A stretch of DNA of 64,000 bases from Patescibacteria group bacterium. Its GTDB lineage: Bacteria > Patescibacteriota > Patescibacteriia > Patescibacteriales > UBA12465. Below are positions 36,844-46,478 of this stretch, in pieces; the first letter of the stretch is position 1, and each line of letters starts with the position of its first letter. The position numbers and the translations under genes were made by a program. The notes under the pieces were generated by a model that was not told the origin of the DNA, ran no database searches, and saw only the letters and a list, made by a program, of their open reading frames with translations. Location: assembly GCA_049318005.1 (NCBI GenBank), contig JBMOHE010000001.1, forward strand, positions 51,440 to 115,439, written 5' to 3'.

Positions 36844-36870
36844 TTAGCACTCGCAAGACACGACTGCTAA
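36844..36870 (+). promoter_or_regulatory. CIRCE-type (HrcA operator) inverted repeat
   Basis: TTAGCACTC-GCAAGACAC-GACTGCTAA versus consensus TTAGCACTC-N9-GAGTGCTAA: one mismatch and exact 9-nt spacing. It starts 5 nt after the -10 element and ends 24 nt before the clpB ATG. Confidence 0.7.
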
Positions 36871-36894
36871 ATATAAATTAAGCTAAAATTAAAT

Positions 36895-39537
36895 ATGTTT
36901 AATAAATTTACGGACAAATCGCAAGAAGCCATTATTAACTCCCAATTAATTGCTAGTTCATATGGCCAAGCTAATATTGAAGCTCTTCATATTCTTCTTT
37001 CCCTTCTTGAGCAGAACGAAAGTTTAATCAAGCCAATTTTGGAAAAAATGAAAATTGACCCCGAAATGATTGAGGACGTCGTCGCTAAAGAATTAGAAAA
37101 ATTACCAAGTACAAAAATAAAACCAAATGAGGGCCCAGTCCAGGCAGTCTCCGGAACAGCTGAAACGGCCATGATTCTAGAACGTGCCCAGAAAGAAGCC
37201 GATGGCATGAACGATGAATTTATTTCAACCGAACACATACTCCTGGCTCTAATTGGTGTTAAATCTCCAGCTCAAAACGTCCTTCTTAATTTTCAAGTTG
37301 ACTATAAGACTGTTAAAGAAATTCTTAAAGAGCTTCGCGGTAGCCAGCCAATAACTGACCAATTTCCTGAAAATAAATATAAAGTTTTAGAAAAATACAC
37401 AACCAACTTAACCGAACTAGCTCGTCAGGAGAAGCTTGACCCGGTTATTGGTCGTGATTTAGAAATTCGTCGCATCATGCAGGTTCTTCTTCGTCGCACA
37501 AAAAATAATCCAGTTTTAATTGGCGAGGCCGGAACTGGAAAAACTGCGATTGTTGAAGGACTGGCACAAAGAATTATTGCCGGAGATGTGCCAGACAATT
37601 TAAAAAATAAAGAAGTCGTAACCCTCGATCTTGGTGCATTAGTTGCGGGCGCAAAATTCCGCGGTGAATTTGAGGATAGATTAAAAGCAGTTTTAAAAGA
37701 AGTTAAGTCTCAAAACGGAAGAATTATTTTGTTCATTGATGAACTTCACACTTTAATCGGTGCTGGTGCCTCCGAAGGTTCTATGGATGCTTCAAATATG
37801 TTAAAACCAGCGCTTGCTCGAGGCGAGCTCAGAACTATAGGCGCAACAACTACTAAAGAATATCAAAAATATATTGAAAAAGATGCGGCCCTTGAAAGAC
37901 GTTTTCAACCAATTATGGTTAACGAACCAAGTATTGAAGATACAATCTCAATGCTTAGAGGTTTAAAAGAAAAATACGAGGTTCATCATGGAGTTAGAAT
38001 TACTGATAACGCCGTTATTGCGGCTGCTAAATTATCAAGTCGCTATATTAGTGATAGATTTTTACCAGACAAAGCAGTTGACCTAATTGACGAAGCAACT
38101 TCTTCCCTGCGCATGGAAATTGATTCTATGCCTGACGAGCTAGACCAACTAAAAAGAAAAATCAATCAACTTGAATTAAATAAGGCCGGAATAATGACGA
38201 CTGATAAAAAATCTAATAAATTAAGATCAGTTAACCAAGAGCTAGCTAAGCTAAAAGAAACAGCCAACCAACTTGAACTCCACTGGAATAATGAAAAAAA
38301 TATTATTTCTCAAATCAGAGATTCAAAAAAGACAATTGAAGATTTGAAAATTAAAGCCGAGATTACCCAGCGTCAAGGAGCTGACTTAACTGAAGTTGCT
38401 AAAATAAAATACGGCCTAATACCTGAACTTGAAAATAAAATAAAAAAACTTCAAGATGAACTTGTTAAAATTCAAAAGAAGGGTCAAAGAATATTGAAAG
38501 AAGAAGTTGATGAAGAAGATATTGCTAAGGTAATCGCGCGCTGGACAGGTATTCCAGTTAATCGCATGCTTCAAGATGAGATAAGAAAACTAAGCGAGGC
38601 TGAAAATGAACTAAACAAAGAAGTCGTCGGTCAAGACGAGGCAATTAAAGCTGTGGCTAATGCAATTCGTCGCTCTCGGGCTGGAATTAATGAAGAAAAA
38701 AAACCAATCGGTTCATTTTTGTTTGTTGGTCCAACTGGGGTCGGCAAAACAGAGCTTGCTAAAAATTTAGCTAATTTCATGTTTGATGATGAAAAATCTT
38801 TAATTCGTTTAGACATGAGCGAATTCATGGAAAAACACTCAGTCGCCAAACTAATCGGCTCCCCTCCGGGATATGTCGGTCATGATGACGGCGGCCAATT
38901 AACTGATAAGGTTAGACGCCATCCTTATAGCGTTGTTTTATTTGACGAAATTGAAAAAGCCCACCCCGACATGTTTAATATGTTACTTCAAATTCTTGAC
39001 GATGGACGTTTAACTGATTCCAAGGGCCGAACTGTTAATTTTAAAAACACAATTATTATCATGACCTCTAATTTAGGCAATGAAATAATTAAACAATACT
39101 CAATCGGCTTTTCAGACGGTAGCGATAAAAAAGAAGTGGCTCAAATGCGCAGCGATGAAATGAAAGAAAAAATTGATAAAATTTTAAAAACTCATTTTAA
39201 ATTAGAGTTTTTAAATAGAATAGACGAGATCGTGCTATTTAGAAGTCTGACTCCGGCCGCACTTGAAAAAATTGTTGATTTAGAATTAATTAAAGTTGAA
39301 AAACGTCTCAACAATAAAAACATTACCCTAAGAATCAGTCCAAAGATTAAAAAGATGTTAGCTGAGAAAGGATATGATATTACTTACGGCGCCAGACCAC
39401 TAAAAAGAATTATCCAAACCATGATTCTTGATGAACTAGCCTTAGAAATTATTGAAGGTAAGGTTAAAGAGGGGGATAAAGTTAAAATTGAACTTGAAAC
39501 TAAAGATAAAGTTATAATTAGCGTAACCAAAAAATAA
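36895..39537 (+). CDS. clpB: chaperone ClpB
   Basis: Two canonical AAA modules (GEAGTGKTA / [10 protein letters not shown] / LERRFQ; [13 protein letters not shown] / [11 protein letters not shown]) separated by a long coiled-coil M-domain. 880 aa. Confidence 0.95.
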   Translation: MFNKFTDKSQEAIINSQLIASSYGQANIEALHILLSLLEQNESLIKPILEKMKIDPEMIEDVVAKELEKLPSTKIKPNEGPVQAVSGTAETAMILERAQKEADGMNDEFISTEHILLALIGVKSPAQNVLLNFQVDYKTVKEILKELRGSQPITDQFPENKYKVLEKYTTNLTELARQEKLDPVIGRDLEIRRIMQVLLRRTKNNPVLIGEAGTGKTAIVEGLAQRIIAGDVPDNLKNKEVVTLDLGALVAGAKFRGEFEDRLKAVLKEVKSQNGRIILFIDELHTLIGAGASEGSMDASNMLKPALARGELRTIGATTTKEYQKYIEKDAALERRFQPIMVNEPSIEDTISMLRGLKEKYEVHHGVRITDNAVIAAAKLSSRYISDRFLPDKAVDLIDEATSSLRMEIDSMPDELDQLKRKINQLELNKAGIMTTDKKSNKLRSVNQELAKLKETANQLELHWNNEKNIISQIRDSKKTIEDLKIKAEITQRQGADLTEVAKIKYGLIPELENKIKKLQDELVKIQKKGQRILKEEVDEEDIAKVIARWTGIPVNRMLQDEIRKLSEAENELNKEVVGQDEAIKAVANAIRRSRAGINEEKKPIGSFLFVGPTGVGKTELAKNLANFMFDDEKSLIRLDMSEFMEKHSVAKLIGSPPGYVGHDDGGQLTDKVRRHPYSVVLFDEIEKAHPDMFNMLLQILDDGRLTDSKGRTVNFKNTIIIMTSNLGNEIIKQYSIGFSDGSDKKEVAQMRSDEMKEKIDKILKTHFKLEFLNRIDEIVLFRSLTPAALEKIVDLELIKVEKRLNNKNITLRISPKIKKMLAEKGYDITYGARPLKRIIQTMILDELALEIIEGKVKEGDKVKIELETKDKVIISVTKK

Positions 39538-39561
39538 ATTTCAAAAAAATAAGCCAAATAA

Positions 39562-39596
39562 AAACCCGCTCTAATTAGAACGGGTTTTGGCTTTTA
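39562..39596 (+). terminator. rho-independent terminator of clpB
   Basis: AACCCG-CTCTAATTAGAA-CGGGTT followed by TTGGCTTTT. Confidence 0.6.
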
Positions 39597-39615
39597 AGCC
39601 AACAATTTTTTTCAT

Positions 39616-40185
39616 TTAGCATAATGAATATAATAGCCAGTAAATCAATCCGGAAATAATAACCTGAGCAATGCTCAAGAAATATACATTTCCAACAGAT
39701 TTAAAATGCTTATCCAGGACGATGCTCATAAATGGTACGACTGCGGCGGCTAAAATAGTTATCACCCAGCAAGTAACCGATTCACGTAGACTAGCATACA
39801 AACCTTCATAGATTATCCAAAAAGATAAAGCAACTCCAGTTAAAGTCATGATACCCGGCAAAAGAGCAATAAGTAATTTTGATTCCTGATGATAGCTGAA
39901 TTTTGCAACCACTGTCAGCGTACTAATAAATGAGTACAGCATAAGAAATACCAAAAGTATCTCCATAATCACATTTAATTCATCAGTTTCAAGCCTTAGA
40001 ATTGGCACCAAGATGATAGAAACTAAACTCAAGGCAATGATAGAAAAAGTATAGTACAAGCGTTTCGCTTCTGGAATTTTTGCGATTTTTTCGCGAAAAA
40101 ATTCTTTTCTGACTTTTCTCATGATTCTCAATTTTTTGTTTAAAAATAAAAAGTACTTTTGAAAAATTATTCTAATATTAAACAT
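39616..40185 (-). CDS. polytopic membrane protein, unknown function
   Basis: About 5 TM helices. The real start may be the ATG at 40122 (MRKVRKEFF). Confidence 0.45.
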   Translation of the reverse strand: MFNIRIIFQKYFLFLNKKLRIMRKVRKEFFREKIAKIPEAKRLYYTFSIIALSLVSIILVPILRLETDELNVIMEILLVFLMLYSFISTLTVVAKFSYHQESKLLIALLPGIMTLTGVALSFWIIYEGLYASLRESVTCWVITILAAAVVPFMSIVLDKHFKSVGNVYFLSIAQVIISGLIYWLLYSLC

Positions 40186-40226
40186 CTTTTATTGCTTTTT
40201 GTCAATGATAATATTTAAAACTATAT

Positions 40227-40255
40227 TTGTCCCAATTCAAAAACTATATTATAAT
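40227..40255 (+). promoter_or_regulatory. promoter placed for a (near-)leaderless transcript of 40262..41782
   Basis: TTGTCC, 17-nt spacer, TATAAT (40250-40255), with the ATG at 40262 only 6 nt after the -10 element. Confidence 0.4.
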
Positions 40256-40261
40256 AAGAAC

Positions 40262-41782
40262 ATGACTACAAAAAAATTAATCACTCTTTTTTTATTTATT
40301 CTGCTGCTACCCCTACCTAGTTTGGCTCAAGTAGCGGTTGACCCTAATTTTAACCCCAATAAAATTGTCGATGACAATGAATTTTTAGATTATGACTCAA
40401 TGAGTCTATGGGAAATTCAGTCTTTTTTGGAAAGTAAAAATAGCTATTTGGCTACTTATAGGACTACTAATGCTCACGGAACAATAAAATCGGCGGCTGA
40501 AATTATTTATGATGCCAGTAATAATAACTATGACTGTTACGACACAATTTTAAGCGATACCCCAACTGAAGCTGAAAAACAACAAAAATGTAAGCAAATA
40601 ACTACTATTAACCCTAAATTTTTACTTATATTACTACAAAAAGAATCAAGCCTAATTGAAGACTCAAATCCCTCCCAAACACGTTTAGACTGGGCGACTG
40701 GATACGGCATTTTTGATGGCATGCTTTCTTGCAGCCCTTATGACAAGTGTTATCGATATAAAGGCTTTGGCAAGCAAGTAAACAGCGCTGCGCTCCAGTT
40801 CCTAGCTTATATTAACGAACAAAATCGTTATACTTATAAGGCCGGTCAAACCTATTCAATCTCCAATACCCTCGACCCTTACTGCACAATTTTCAACCAA
40901 ATCATGACCGTGACCCCTGAAAATCGCTCAACGGCCGCTCTTTATAACTACACCCCTCATGTTTTTAATGGAAACTATAATGTCTTTAAACTTTGGAATA
41001 GATACTTTAAAGACGCTCCTCAGCGAAAAATAGTAAAACTTTATCCTGATGGTTCTATTTTGCAAGTTAAAGGTGTGGCCGATATCTGGCTAATAGAAAA
41101 TGGGAAGAAAAGACCTTTTCTAAATTACTCAGCCTTTATTTCTCGCTTTAAGCCAGAGCAAATCGTCGCTATTAATAACTCCGACCTAAATGACTATCCC
41201 CTCGGCGATGGCGTTAAATTTGCTAACTATTCCTTAGTTCAAACTCCAGATAAAACTGTTTATTTATTAGTTAATAAAGAGAAAAGACCTTTTGCTAATT
41301 TAGCGGTAATTAAAAAGATTGGCTTTAATCCCGAAGAAATTGAATCAGCAAATTCAAATGAATTAAATATCTATATAACCGGAAAAACAATTAACGCTAC
41401 ATCAACCTACGTCACTGGCGTCTTAATGCAAGATACAAAAACTGGAGGAATATTTTATGTTGTTGATGGAACGAAAGCTCCTTTAACTGATAAAATACTT
41501 TTAGAAACAAAATTCAAAGGTAAAAAAATAATTAAAGCGACTACTAAAACTTTAGACACCTATTCTAAAGTAAGTCCCGTGTTACTTGATGACGGCACCT
41601 TAGTAAAAACTGATAACTACCCAACGGTGTACTTAATTTCTAATGGTCAAAAAAGACCCTTCGCAAACGGTGAAATATTTGCAAAACTCGGTTACAACTC
41701 TAGAACTATAATTTCTGTTTCATCAAAATTCTTATATAACTATTCACAAGGAGAAATAATTAAAGACGAAGTGACCCAATAA
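40262..41782 (+). CDS. secreted protein with four C-terminal ~45-aa repeats
   Basis: Track ORF starts at 40199; I prefer the ATG at 40262 (MTTKKLITLFLFILLLPLPSLA signal peptide). Repeats: IWLIENGKKRPF.., VYLLVNKEKRPF.., IFYVVDGTKAPL.., VYLISNGQKRPF... Confidence 0.5.
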   Translation: MTTKKLITLFLFILLLPLPSLAQVAVDPNFNPNKIVDDNEFLDYDSMSLWEIQSFLESKNSYLATYRTTNAHGTIKSAAEIIYDASNNNYDCYDTILSDTPTEAEKQQKCKQITTINPKFLLILLQKESSLIEDSNPSQTRLDWATGYGIFDGMLSCSPYDKCYRYKGFGKQVNSAALQFLAYINEQNRYTYKAGQTYSISNTLDPYCTIFNQIMTVTPENRSTAALYNYTPHVFNGNYNVFKLWNRYFKDAPQRKIVKLYPDGSILQVKGVADIWLIENGKKRPFLNYSAFISRFKPEQIVAINNSDLNDYPLGDGVKFANYSLVQTPDKTVYLLVNKEKRPFANLAVIKKIGFNPEEIESANSNELNIYITGKTINATSTYVTGVLMQDTKTGGIFYVVDGTKAPLTDKILLETKFKGKKIIKATTKTLDTYSKVSPVLLDDGTLVKTDNYPTVYLISNGQKRPFANGEIFAKLGYNSRTIISVSSKFLYNYSQGEIIKDEVTQ

Positions 41783-41788
41783 ATATAT

Positions 41789-42586
41789 ATGCCCCTAATT
41801 AAAACAGTTATTCTCCCTCACTCACCCTTACTAATCCCTGAAATAGGTCGGGCTAATTACGATTTTCTTGAAAAAACCGTAAACGCTTATAAACAAACTG
41901 CTGAAAGTTTAAAGGAGCTTGGAGTTGAAACTCTTATTATTATTAGCCCACACGGACAAACTCAGGATAATAGTTTCACCTTAAATATCGCCCCGGACAT
42001 GGAAGTAAATCTCAAGGACTTCGGTTTTATCCCGAATAAAACAATTATAAATGGCGACTCCCTTCTGGCTGACCAAATAAGCAACGCTTTAAAAAATGAT
42101 TTTCCGATTCAATTAATCTCAGAAAATATTTTAGATTACGGCAGTGCAATCCCAGCTTATTTATTAAAAAATATAATTGGCGACTTTAAAATTATCGTTA
42201 TAATCCCCGCGGCTGAAATTAGTCTTGAGGATCATTTAAATTTTGGAAAACAACTCAAGGTCGTTATTGATTCCAGCGATAAAAAAATTGCCGTGCTAGC
42301 TTCAAGCGACTTGTCGCATCGTCTAAAGAAAAAATCTCCTGGTGGTTATTCTCCAAAAGGTGCTAAATTTGATAATAAATTAATTGAGTATTTAAGTGAG
42401 CCAGAAACTGCGGCAACAAACATTTTAAAGATGGACGCTAAACTAATAAAAGATGCTGGCGAATGTGGCTTAAAGCCAATCGTTATTTTGCTTGGTATTT
42501 TAGATAACCTTGAAAAAAAATCTAAAATATTTTCCTATCAAACTGATTTTGGAGTCGGATATTTAAGTCTTGAATTTGAAATTTAA
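41789..42586 (+). CDS. class III extradiol dioxygenase (LigB) superfamily / Memo-like protein
   Basis: N-terminal VILPHSPLLIP, IISPHGQ and a later SSDLSHRL, matching the metal-ligand pattern of LigB-fold proteins. Exact subfamily uncertain. Confidence 0.5.
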   Translation: MPLIKTVILPHSPLLIPEIGRANYDFLEKTVNAYKQTAESLKELGVETLIIISPHGQTQDNSFTLNIAPDMEVNLKDFGFIPNKTIINGDSLLADQISNALKNDFPIQLISENILDYGSAIPAYLLKNIIGDFKIIVIIPAAEISLEDHLNFGKQLKVVIDSSDKKIAVLASSDLSHRLKKKSPGGYSPKGAKFDNKLIEYLSEPETAATNILKMDAKLIKDAGECGLKPIVILLGILDNLEKKSKIFSYQTDFGVGYLSLEFEI

Positions 42587-42590
42587 GTTT

Positions 42591-42869
42591 ATGCCAGAAG
42601 ATAAATTTCAATCACTAGCCGATATCCTCAAAGCTAAGCAAAAAGTTAAAGCCCCGGCTTATCCCTGGCAAGACCTCGCCTTAAGAATTATTAAAGAATT
42701 AAATATTCCTGGATTTAAACGGGGAGCGGTTTTTAAAGTCTGTCGTGATATTCCCTCTCATAAAGTTACTTTAGCTTTTAATGATACTAAAGAACTTTGC
42801 AAAACTGGCGCCTCCTGGAAATATTTTTTTAAAGTTGTTGATCAAACCGGAGATGAAAAAAAGAAATAA
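42591..42869 (+). CDS. small hypothetical protein
   Basis: Track ORF 42570..42869; the ATG at 42591 (MPEDKFQS) avoids the overlap. No family recognised. Confidence 0.4.
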   Translation: MPEDKFQSLADILKAKQKVKAPAYPWQDLALRIIKELNIPGFKRGAVFKVCRDIPSHKVTLAFNDTKELCKTGASWKYFFKVVDQTGDEKKK

Positions 42870-42878
42870 AATAAACAT

Positions 42879-43361
42879 ATGTCAAAAGAATTAACTATAC
42901 TAACCAATCCTAATCCTATTTTACGAAAAAAATCGGAGCTTATTGAAGAAGCTAAAATTATCGAAAAAGATTTTCAAGAACTATTAAAAGACATGGCCGA
43001 AACAATGAAAAAGAAAGATGGGGCCGGCTTAGCTGCTCCACAAATCGGTAAAAATATTAGAGCGGTAGTTATAAATTATGAAGATAAAACTCTATTTTTA
43101 ATCAATCCTAAAATTACCAAGAAATCCTGGGCCAAAGAAGTTGAAGAAGAGGGTTGTTTATCGGTTCTTAATAAAAAAGGGGAAATTATCTATGCTCCCG
43201 TTGAACGTCATAAAAAAATAAACTGCATTTACTTAAACGAAAAAGGAATTAAACAAAAATTAGTTGCGGATAAGCTATTTGCCCGTGTTATCCAGCACGA
43301 ACTCGATCATTTAGACGGTATTTTATTTATTGATAAAATATCCAAAAAATATAAACTATGA
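42879..43361 (+). CDS. def: peptide deformylase
   Basis: GAGLAAPQIG, EGCLS and QHELDHLDG motifs. Confidence 0.9.
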   Translation: MSKELTILTNPNPILRKKSELIEEAKIIEKDFQELLKDMAETMKKKDGAGLAAPQIGKNIRAVVINYEDKTLFLINPKITKKSWAKEVEEEGCLSVLNKKGEIIYAPVERHKKINCIYLNEKGIKQKLVADKLFARVIQHELDHLDGILFIDKISKKYKL

Positions 43362-44305
43362 TATCTGATTCTAAAAACAAAAAATTACGACTTATTTTTA
43401 TGGGCACGCCGGAATTTTCCTTGCCCTCTTTATCAAGTCTAATTCGAAACGACGCCTATGAAATCGTCGGTGTTTTTACGCAACCAGATAAGCCAGTCGG
43501 TCGAGATCAAATAATTACCCCGCCACCAGTCAAACGCCTTGCCTTAGAAAATAATTTAAATGTTTTTCAGCCAGAAAAAATAAAAACCGAAGTAGAAACT
43601 ATAAAAAATCTAAAGCCCGATCTTATTGTTGTTGTCGCCTATGGAAAAATAATACCTCAAACAATTTTAGATATTCCAACTTTCGCCTGTATTAACGTCC
43701 ACGCTTCTCTTTTGCCTAAATATAGAGGTGCTGCCTGCTTAAATGCGCCTATTTTAAATGGTGACAAAAAAACCGGCGTAACTATAATGGTGATGGAGGC
43801 CGGTCTCGATACTGGTCCTATCCTTAGGCAAATTGAATTAGAGCTAAAAGGTCAAGAGAGCCTAGAAATTGTTCATGATAAATTATCTACGCTTGGAGCG
43901 GAGCTATTAATCTCAACCTTGAAAGATTTTGTTAAAGGAAAGATTTTTCCTCAAATTCAAGATGAGTCTAAGGCCAGCTATATCAAAACTTTAAGCAAGG
44001 AGGACGGAAGAATTGACTGGACTAAATCAGCTCAAGAAATAGAAAGAATGGTTAGAGCATATAATCCCTGGCCAGGAACATTTAGCTTAAACGATAATAA
44101 AATTATAAAAATTATTAGGGTTGAAAACGAAATATTAAAAGGCGATAATCATAAAATTGGCGAGTCTTTTGATAATAATGGACGTCTGGCTATACAGTGT
44201 GGACAAGATTCATTAGTTATACTAGAATTACAAGCAGCCGGGAAAAAGCCTATGGATAGTAAAAGCTTTTTAAGAGGCACTAAAATTGATGCTTTATTTG
44301 TCTAA
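43358..44305 (+). CDS. fmt: methionyl-tRNA formyltransferase
   Basis: FMGTPEFS, the INVHASLLPKYRGAA SLLP motif and a C-terminal formyltransferase domain. 4-nt overlap with def. Confidence 0.9.
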   Translation: MISDSKNKKLRLIFMGTPEFSLPSLSSLIRNDAYEIVGVFTQPDKPVGRDQIITPPPVKRLALENNLNVFQPEKIKTEVETIKNLKPDLIVVVAYGKIIPQTILDIPTFACINVHASLLPKYRGAACLNAPILNGDKKTGVTIMVMEAGLDTGPILRQIELELKGQESLEIVHDKLSTLGAELLISTLKDFVKGKIFPQIQDESKASYIKTLSKEDGRIDWTKSAQEIERMVRAYNPWPGTFSLNDNKIIKIIRVENEILKGDNHKIGESFDNNGRLAIQCGQDSLVILELQAAGKKPMDSKSFLRGTKIDALFV

Positions 44306-44309
44306 TAAT

Positions 44310-44381
44310 GGTCCCTTCGTCTAACGGTTAGGACATCAGATTCTCATTCTGATAACAGGGGTTCGATTCCCCTAGGGACTA
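44310..44381 (+). tRNA. trnE: tRNA-Glu (anticodon CTC), integration target
   Basis: GGTCCCTTCGTCTAACGGTTAGGACATCAGATTCTCATTCTGATAACAGGGGTTCGATTCCCCTAGGGACTA. Anticodon stem TCAGA/TCTGA, loop TT-CTC-AT, G1.U72 wobble. CCA is not encoded. Confidence 0.85.
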
Positions 44382-44601
44382 CTAATTAAAAAGTGCTCAG
44401 CGTTAGCTGGGCATTTTTTAATTAGACGGCGTTAGCCGAGGGGAATCGAACGGGTGGCAACGAGCTTAGCCGAAGGTCAGCAGACCGAGGCGTAGCGAGT
44501 GCCGACAAAAGCGAGCTGGCGCAGCTTTTGGCGCCACCCCTGGACAACGAAAGAACGAGCGACGGCGAGTGATTGAGGCGGAATTCCCCTAGGGACTACT
44601 A
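44376..44601 (+). repeat. left 226-bp direct repeat (attL-like), starts in the last 6 nt of tRNA-Glu
   Basis: GGACTACTAATTAAAAAGTGCTCAGCG...GAGGCGGAATTCCCCTAGGGACTACTA. I compared it base by base with 53815-54040 and found no difference. Confidence 0.85.
44388..44419 (+). terminator. tRNA-Glu terminator hairpin (inside the direct repeat; second copy at 53827-53858)
   Basis: AGTGCTCAGC-GTTA-GCTGGGCATT followed by TTTT. Its two G.U pairs form only on the plus strand. Confidence 0.6.
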
Positions 44602-46084
44602 TCGGAGAATTAGCACTTGCTAGTTCTCTTTTGTTTTGTAAAATTAGTGAAATTTTAGGTGTTTGATTTATTGAAAAATTGAAAGTTGGTTTTTCGGTAA
44701 AAATCAAACTCTGTAATTTAAGCTTATCTTGATAATCGGCTTTTTTATATAAAGCCGGAAGATTACTTAACACTTTAAAGACCTTATCTACTTCTTTAGT
44801 AATATTAAAATTCAAGTTAGGCTGATCGTAAACGATAGCCTGTTGATTTGAAATAGTGTTTTTGATTTTTTCCATCTCGTCTTTAAAATCTTCATCATCT
44901 AATAATTCTTTTTTCTTCATTTCAATTAGCTTGGCTTTTTCGTTTTGTAGTTCTGTTAATTTTTCTTTGGCTAATTTAATTTTATCAACTGATAAACTAC
45001 TAATATCTTTTATTACACTTTGCAAAACTTTTTTATAAACCATTAAAGTCTTTTCGCTTGGTGTTATTTTCATAAGGTAATCAAAAAACTCTCCCTCTAA
45101 CTTATCTTTAGAGATTGATTTTAAGCCTTTGCAGTCCTTGTTATAGCATTTATAGAACGGATAGAGCTTTCCGCTTTTACTTTTTGACATGCAGGCAGTT
45201 ATTGGACGATTACAATGAGGGCACAGTATAAAATGACGGAGCGGAAAAGTTTCATTAGGCGTACTAGCTGAAATATTATCGCCCTTGTTTCCGGTTTTAA
45301 TAAGTCTTTGGCATTTATAGAAAGTTGATTCGTCTATTAATGGTTTATGGGTGCCTTGATATTCTTCGCCTTTGACGGTCATAACTCCTAAATAGAATTT
45401 CTCGGTTAATATTTTAAATAGAGTTTGGCTAGTTAACTCTTTGCTCTTCCATGATTTGAATCCGGCTTTAATCATTAGCTGTCTAATCTCTTCCATTCTA
45501 TAAGCACCACTAGAGAATTTATTAAAAGCCATTTGAATAATCTCAGCTCTTGGTTTATCTATCGTTATAACGGCTCCATTTTGACCGTCTCGGCTATTTA
45601 TATAACCTAGTGGTGCTTTATAACACCAGATGCCTTGTTTAATTTTCTCAAGCATGCAAGAAGATACTCTTTCGCTCCTTACATCATTATCAAATTGAGC
45701 AAATGACGCCATAATAGTGCCGATTAGTTTTCCACTTGGTGTTTTATCAACTGTTTCAGTGGCAGAGATAAACTTAATTTGTAATTCTTCAAGAGCCATC
45801 AAAATAGTAGCGTAGTCTTTAACGTTTCTTGAGAGTCTATCTATTTTATAAACAATGACTGAATCAATATTTCTATAGTTCTTCTGACAATAACTTAATA
45901 ATTCCTGCAGTCCTTTGCGGTTAGTGGTTTTAGCTGATACACCATCGTCATGAAATAGTTTTGTGATTTCAATATCATGGTTTAAGGCATATTCTAAACA
46001 AGCCTTTTTCTGTTGCTCAAGACTGACTCCATTTTGAGCTTGGTCTTCGGTTGAAACTCGGTAATATATAATTCCTTTTGACAT
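44477..46084 (-). CDS. large serine recombinase
   Basis: I prefer the ATG at 46084 (MSKGIIYYRVSTEDQ, catalytic Ser). Resolvase domain (DRLSRN), recombinase domain, Zn ribbon CPHCNRP...YKCYNKDCKG and a coiled-coil tail. The last ~42 codons are encoded inside the direct repeat. Confidence 0.9.
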   Translation of the reverse strand: MSKGIIYYRVSTEDQAQNGVSLEQQKKACLEYALNHDIEITKLFHDDGVSAKTTNRKGLQELLSYCQKNYRNIDSVIVYKIDRLSRNVKDYATILMALEELQIKFISATETVDKTPSGKLIGTIMASFAQFDNDVRSERVSSCMLEKIKQGIWCYKAPLGYINSRDGQNGAVITIDKPRAEIIQMAFNKFSSGAYRMEEIRQLMIKAGFKSWKSKELTSQTLFKILTEKFYLGVMTVKGEEYQGTHKPLIDESTFYKCQRLIKTGNKGDNISASTPNETFPLRHFILCPHCNRPITACMSKSKSGKLYPFYKCYNKDCKGLKSISKDKLEGEFFDYLMKITPSEKTLMVYKKVLQSVIKDISSLSVDKIKLAKEKLTELQNEKAKLIEMKKKELLDDEDFKDEMEKIKNTISNQQAIVYDQPNLNFNITKEVDKVFKVLSNLPALYKKADYQDKLKLQSLIFTEKPTFNFSINQTPKISLILQNKRELASANSPIVVPRGIPPQSLAVARSFVVQGWRQKLRQLAFVGTRYASVC

Positions 46085-46260
46085 AGAATTAAGGTTAATA
46101 AATAAAAAGAAAGCGGTGAAACTGTCGGACACAACTTAGCAAAAAGCCTTGTTGAAACAGCCACCGCTTTCTTTATATCAAAACGACCTTAGTCGCTTGG
46201 ATGTAAAATATAGTGACTTCTTGCTTTATAAGTTGTGTCCATTAGAGATATTAGCATATA

Positions 46261-46428
46261 TTATGATTTATTCAATATTAGATTATTTTTTCTTTTATCT
46301 TGGTAATGGTACTTACAAGCCAAACTAACCAACTGATAGATATCTCGCCGAATAGCGATAATCTCGTCTTCAGAATAATCATTAGCGTAAACGCCAAGAT
46401 TCTTTCTGATAACTTCTAAACTTAACAT
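46261..46428 (-). CDS. possible 55-aa protein between rep and the recombinase (below the ORF-track cutoff)
   Basis: My translation is MLSLEVIRKNLGVYANDYSEDEIIAIRRDIYQLVSLACKYHYQDKRKNNLILNKS. Supported by the open frame only. Its position would suit an accessory or directionality factor, which is speculative. Confidence 0.3.
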   Translation of the reverse strand: MLSLEVIRKNLGVYANDYSEDEIIAIRRDIYQLVSLACKYHYQDKRKNNLILNKS

Positions 46429-46478
46429 ATCTTTGGGGGATATGTTTACATCAAAGGAACTTTCAAAGAGGATATTTG

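Noticed and set aside
44385-44583. Whether the G+C-rich core of the direct repeat is itself a tRNA, tmRNA or other classical RNA gene. It contains GGAATCGAAC (reverse of a T-loop) and ends in a tRNA-Glu 3'-end mimic.
   Set aside because: I could not build a cloverleaf on either strand: the T-loop-like segment has no complementary T-stem and there is no acceptor pairing. No tmRNA tag-like reading frame ends in a hydrophobic tail, and RNase P/SRP signature sequences are absent. It is kept only as an unexplained structured block (see findings).
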